Positions 58,101 through 64,000 of a DNA stretch of 64,000 nucleotides are shown here, piece by piece; positions within the stretch are counted from its first letter, which is position 1; each line of letters begins with the position of its first letter. The stretch lies in the NCBI RefSeq assembly GCF_009914755.1, contig NC_060939.1; one strand, 5' to 3'. A program made the translations under genes and the position numbers. Below the pieces are notes generated by a model. It saw only the letters and a program-made list of their open reading frames with translations. It searched no databases and was not told the origin of the DNA. The stretch is from the human T2T-CHM13v2.0 reference genome, Homo sapiens.

Positions 58101-61100
58101 AGCCCTTCATTTAACCCAACAATGCACAAAAGCCCTCTCCATCCCCCATTTTAGTCAATTTCCAGAATTCAAATGAATCCATGAGAAAAAAATGCAGTCA
58201 ATGCCTTGCAAATTTTTCAAAAGGAGGCAGTTTAGTTTTGTCAATTTGAGTTTTCAGTCCAACAAGAAGGAGGAAGACAAAAATCCCTCTGCCCTTTGCC
58301 TTTCATCGTGTAGGCTTTTCAGTTTCCCACCAGGTAGTGTGGTGTCTTCTCAAAACAATCTTCTTTTAACACAAATTATGAATCTTGGCCCATATATATA
58401 CTGCACACATTAACTCAGCCAGCATTTCAAAGGATGAGTTCTGTCAGACAGCACTACTGTCAACGTTCACAAGTATATTGATTAAATTAGCCCACATACA
58501 TATTCATCCCAGCAAAGAGGTTTATTGTGTAGTGGAATATCTGGAGCAAGATGCGCACATATAATCATGAATTGGCTTCACAATGAACAATCTTGCTATG
58601 AAAAATTCTAATTTGCCCACATTTTCAGCCCTATTGCCTAAATAATTTGCTCTCTCATGCACCCTGTGTAATTCAAGCAGGCTCTCCACACCTGCAGAGG
58701 CAAATGCAGTTTCAAGGAGCTGACAACAAGTGGCAGCGGGCATCAGGAAATCCTGGAATGCAAGGGTGCTAATTAACCAAGTGGTCCTTGGGGCTAGGCT
58801 GTCATTTAGCACTGCACTTCTAGAAGAAGTTTGCTTTGAATTTTTAATTATAAAAGGAACAAGAACTTGGGCACTAGCATTCTTAAGATGACATTTATTC
58901 CTCAGGACCTATCTTAGGAGATAACATGGTCCAGAGAACAATGCCCATTTTCCCAAAGAATTAAAAAAATAAAAATTGTATGACAGGTACCCAGTACTTC
59001 ATTCTGTGGGTGAGTAGTGATCTCTCAATAATAATCTAATTTATAATAATAATATCTACATGTATTTGTGCTAATAATGTGTCACGCATTATATCTCACT
59101 CACTCCTCCAATACCCTATGCGGTAGGCATCACTTACTTAATTGTTACTGTCATCATTGTCATCATCATCATTGCACTCTTATTAAGCAATCACTAACCA
59201 GGGCTCAAAAGACATCCCCTAAGTAGTTTGTTTAAACTTAACACACTACTCAGGAATTGATGTCAACATCTCTTGCTGGGAGTTATCCCCGTAGTTTATA
59301 ACTAAAAATAACCATCAACCTTCTAGGCCACTGATCTCAGTTTCACAAAATTCTGGTTAGAATTTTAACCCTAAAATGACCAATGTCAACGTTTGACAGT
59401 TCTTAAGGCCGGGCAGATTACTTAACCTCTCTGAGCCTCAGTTTCATACTTGAAGATTCAAGGATGTGATACATAAATGACATACCATATATATGATATC
59501 TGTATGAGCATTTTATATATGTATTCTCTATATATGCCCATCACATAGTTCTTAGAAATAGCTGGCACTCAGTAAATAGTAGTTATTATTATTGTTGTTG
59601 TTGATAAGAAATCCTGCCTTATAGTGAAATGAAATTCTTTCCTCCAGACTTTAAGCTCTTTCCGAGGTGGGGATAGAGAAAAGCTGCTTATCCTCCAAAT
59701 AACATGACAGGCAGTTCCTACCAGCTACCACAGCAATCCTTCACAACATTGCTGCTTAACTGTTTGCCACAACACAGTGGTATGTTGCAATAAGTTGCAG
59801 GAGTGTCACAGGGAATTGGTTACTAATAAAAGTTTTACAAAATTAAAGTTTTTTATTGGTTCACATAAAAACTAAACTAATATAGACCCAAGGTTACCCC
59901 AATAATATCGTTCACTCTAGCTCAATTGCACAACCAAATATTTTCTTGAATTGGACTGAATGGGGTGGGGTTACTGCTGGCTTGCCAGGAAACGGCCAAT
60001 GGCCGAACCTTGGGTACACCTATGAGAACATGTCTGTCATACTTATGAATGTCAACCAATTTTGTGTGTCTTGCAAAAACGGTCAAAAACTAGTGCTTTA
60101 AAAAGCCTATCTATCTTTTACACAGATCTGTTGATGGTGTTTTTTTCTGGAGTGCAGAGAATATGGAGGACTTTTCACTTGCTATGTTAGATATTTCTCT
60201 AATGTTTGAATTTTTTACAACCAGCATGTATTACTTTTCTAAGCAGAAAAACCAATAAAGATTAAAAAGAAAAACCCTAAGGCATTTGATTTTATTTTCA
60301 GTAAAATGGCTTGAGTCCTTTATGGATTAGTCACTTTATTTTATCCCCTGTTTAAAACTGCCAGGGTATTAAAGGCTTCTGCAGCTGCCTGAATGGCGGC
60401 CTGGCTTGCGTGTCAAGGTTAGCCGGGGGAGAGCTGCAGAGTCTTCACCTTATTCCCTGGAGGGACTTCAGGAGCACCAGGCTTCTAGAATTTTGTGGCC
60501 CCCTTGTTTCAGGGCTTCTAAAGATGGTCATGCAGGTTGTGCTCTGCCCAGTGCGGCCTAGCTGAGGGGTCAAAAGTAGAGGTTGAAATGCACCTGGCTG
60601 TGAGCCTTGCTGCAGAGTGACTGCAACAGCCTGGAGAGAGGAAACCTTTCTTCAATCTGTCTACCCAGACAAGCTCCCTTTTTTCAAACCCTCCTTCCAG
60701 GGGTAGTGCCCCTTCTCTACAGTGCTAGGAGTGGACAGTTCAGGGAGCAACATGCTTTCTCTCCACTCTGCCATGGGAGGCCCCAGGACACCATAAGGGT
60801 TTGCAGAGAGCTCTCATTACATCTCCATGTGGAAGGGGAACAGACCATCGACCTGGACCTGTGGCTTGGAATAGAGTATGGGTATGTTCCATAGCACAGG
60901 CATGTTCAATGGCCATCAGGGATGAGTAGAGCCGAGTTATAGCTGCATCCTATGCAAACTAACGATGAACTTGTTTGGCCACTTGGTCTGCTAAGTTCAT
61001 TTTAAATATAACACTAATATGTTTCCCTAGTACATTATTTTCTTCTCTTGATTTTGGATTCTTTCATGACAGTATTTCATCCTTGCTGAACCTCACCAAA

Positions 61101-61194
61101 ACAATTAGATCTCCAAATAGAAAGCCCTACTCCTTCAGTAAGCAGTCTCGCAGTCATTTTTGGCAAAAATAGTAATGCCTGAGTTTTTGCAGAA

Positions 61195-61350
61195 TTCTAT
61201 ATAGTTTTCAAAGTTTTTATCCTTGTTAGCTTGCTTTGATTTTGGTGCTTTCAACATCCCTAAAGGAGGCAGATAGGTATTATCATCCCCATTTTACAGA
61301 TACGGAAAATGAGCCTCAGGAGGGTTAAATGGCTTCTTCTCTATGTCCAG
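61195..61350 (-). mobile_element. MIR
   Basis: tattatcatccccattttacagatacggaaaatgag. Confidence 0.75.
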
Positions 61351-62264
61351 ATTTCCCAGGGTTTTGATGTAGACATAGCCACAAGAAAGAGAGACTTGGT
61401 GTCTCTTTCCTATTCAAGATTATTTGATGTGTTTAGATTTATGCCATCACTGATCTGGGGCTCTCAAGAGGACATGACACCAAAAAGAAAGCACTGGGAG
61501 TCAATTCAGCTAAGAGGTGGAGTTGGCCCTTCCAGGTCTCCCTCTGAGACTGAACTCCCTGGGTGGCCTCAAGCAATTCACTTACACCTCCACTTCCTCC
61601 ATCCATAAAAATGGGAATAATTCTTACCTCCCAGGCAGGTGGTGGTAAATGAGTGCTCACAAAGCTCTTTGAAGATGAAAAACCTATATAAATGGGAAGC
61701 TTCAGGAAGCTTGCCACATCATTCATGGCAAAGATTGCGATGCTGTGTCCTATTACCCATATCCAGCTATGCCACAAAGAGAATAAAAATTACACAGTAC
61801 CATAATTCTCATCTGCTAGCTAGACTTACTTAAATGTTTTTTAATCATTGGTTTCCAAGATGCTTTCCCAAGGGACTGATGGGTCCAGATGTTACTATCT
61901 TATTCACAACTTAGAAGAAAAAGAGCACTTAGATGGAGAGGTCGCCTCTCTATGCAAAGTCCTTGACCTAGCTTTATCTAGGGCTTGTACGGTCTTGTCG
62001 GGGCATCATGGAAATGGCACGATTCCCACTTGTTAACATAATAAACATATATGTCACCCTCTGACAGACATCCCAAGCCTTATTATTAAGTTGACATCTG
62101 ACTCAAATGAGTCTATCAAATTATAGCCATTAAAAAAAATGTTCTGCATCTTACTAAACAAGCCACTTCTCAAAAACTTCAACTGGATTGTAATTTCTCC
62201 GGAAAACTTAATGGCTTTAAAAAAAACATTTTTCAATAAAAAGTGTTGAGTATACCTGCCAAAT

Positions 62265-62265
<1 letters not shown>

Positions 62266-62300
<35 letters not shown>
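62266..62300. repeat. (CA)n microsatellite
   Basis: Directly visible, ~17 units. Confidence 0.97.
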
Positions 62301-62302
<2 letters not shown>

Positions 62303-64000
62303 CTCAAACCATCAAGAGATCAAACATTTGTGAACTAAATTTAAAATAAGACAAAATTGAAGTTTTGGAACTTTGACGATTTTTCTTCAGTCTTTTAAAG
62401 ACTTAGTTGTGTAAGAGTTAAAATACTGCGCCAGAATGCCCCATCTGAATTAAGAGAAAGCTGAGCTGTGTGTGCAGGAAATCTCTGAAGAATAAGGAAG
62501 CCAGGCACATCTTCTCATGTGGCTTTCTGTGAATATGCAGGTGGTTCTGACAATGGGAACTGAATATTAATCCTTTGTAATATATTTCCATCCCTACTAG
62601 ATTAAGCTTTCTAGAGAAACTGACTCACATTCCCTGATGCATATGTATCTCTGCTAAAAGCCAAATCCAAATGAGCACTTTTATCCCTAGACAGGGAAAT
62701 TCTGTCAAATCAGAGAGGAAACAGATTTTTCATCTAGAAGAACAGTGGGTGGCTTTTTTAGATCCAGTTCTCTCTAGAATTCTCCTATCACATAGTAGTG
62801 CACAAACTGTTTAAGGCAGTTGACTCTATACCTTTTTTGGTATCTACCTGGTAACCAGTTTAAACCTTGAGTGAAAGACCTGAACAGCAAGAGAATAAGC
62901 TTCCTAATACTTCATCCTACTCATCCAGTGGGTCAGATACTAAATAAGTAAGTTCTCACCCAATAAATGATACCACCAGGATCAGCAATACAATCCTTTT
63001 TTTTTTCTTTTTGTTTTTCCTCTCTTTTGCCTTTGTAAACAACAGAACGTATTTGTTGTTAAGGATTTATGGGGTTATGTGATATCAAGGGCTAACATAA
63101 AGGTAATTGGCTATTTAACCAATGGTTCTCAGTTGGCGTAAGGTCCCTCTAAGATTCTAGAATTAACTACATTTTAAAATATAAAGTCCTTGAAGATTTT
63201 CTAGGACCCTGGGATCAGTAACATTTAACAAAAGTCCTCTTTCTCTAGAATCTCTCGGGGTGGGTTAAATGTCATTTCATATCAGCAGGAAAGAGAACCC
63301 ATTTATTTTGCTAAGTGATTAGACTATGCTCAAGGGAAATTCCTAATAACGTTGTTTCCAACAATGGTGTCCCTTACATAATTCTGGATAATACTAGACA
63401 AAAAAAGTCATCTGACTCACAGAACTGCATACGTATTTTCTTGCGATCAACCTCACTCTAGATACCAATTCCTTTTTTTCTCCTTAACAGGAACAATTAC
63501 GCTACATTTAGGTGAAATCCTCCTTACAGCTGAGAGCACTGGGGTCAACTCTTTGCTTTCATTGCTCAAGGTCTGTTTTTCACAACAGAAAAGAACATCT
63601 TTAAAACCATACCAAATCTGGTGATCTAGTTTCTGCTCAACCGAAAACATCAGAATTACACTTACTGCATTTTATGAAACAATCTTACTTTAACCAATTA
63701 CCCCCAACATTCTCACACCTAAGCCTACGAGAAAACCACTCCACTTTGCAGCTGTCTTAACTTCACACCAAATTTCACATAACCCCACAAATTCTTAACA
63801 ACCATTGATTACTAATTCCACCTGCACAATTTCCATGACCCCCCCCCCCCAAAACTGTGCGGTCACAAAACCCAGCTGCATGAAGTAAGATGTGCAGAAA
63901 TGGGTCAAAATAACAAGAATCCAGATTAAGTCATAAAAGCTTACCAGGCAAAGGAACCCATCATTTCTTTCCATGAGCTCCGATGGCATTCTGAAGATCT

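Overview
Human (primate) genomic DNA, AT-rich and Alu-rich. From the encoded proteins I recognise the ICE2 / RORA-AS1 / RORA junction (chr15q22 by recall). The minus strand carries the nine common 3' coding exons of RORA, from the C4 zinc-finger DBD through the hinge to the LBD. All boundaries are GT-AG, with lengths 86/142/396/122/133/108/111/113/165 nt. A ~9.2 kb Alu-free 3'UTR follows, ending near an AATAAA at 11538-11543. At the left end, a CpG-island bidirectional promoter drives ICE2 (NARG2) on the minus strand (exon 1, then exon 2 starting MSSKMVISEPGLNW) and probably the antisense lncRNA RORA-AS1 on the plus strand. The rest is intron/intergenic sequence with Alu, MIR, L1, L2, LTR and DNA-transposon relics; almost all other ORF-track entries are spurious. 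I found no convincing new gene system. The best second-look items are: a three-uORF ICE2 leader, including a splice-created M-S-stop; a predicted antisense exon inside the distal RORA 3'UTR; AAUAAA hexamers coinciding with miR-137 seeds, one next to a hairpin; a closely spaced inverted Alu pair sharing variants; direct Alus around the 'staggerer' exon; a convergent CTCF pair; a 420-bp pure A/T tract inside an Alu; and two templated-insertion scars. Exon numbers follow my recollection of RORalpha1 numbering. Repeat families were called by eye and their boundaries are approximate.
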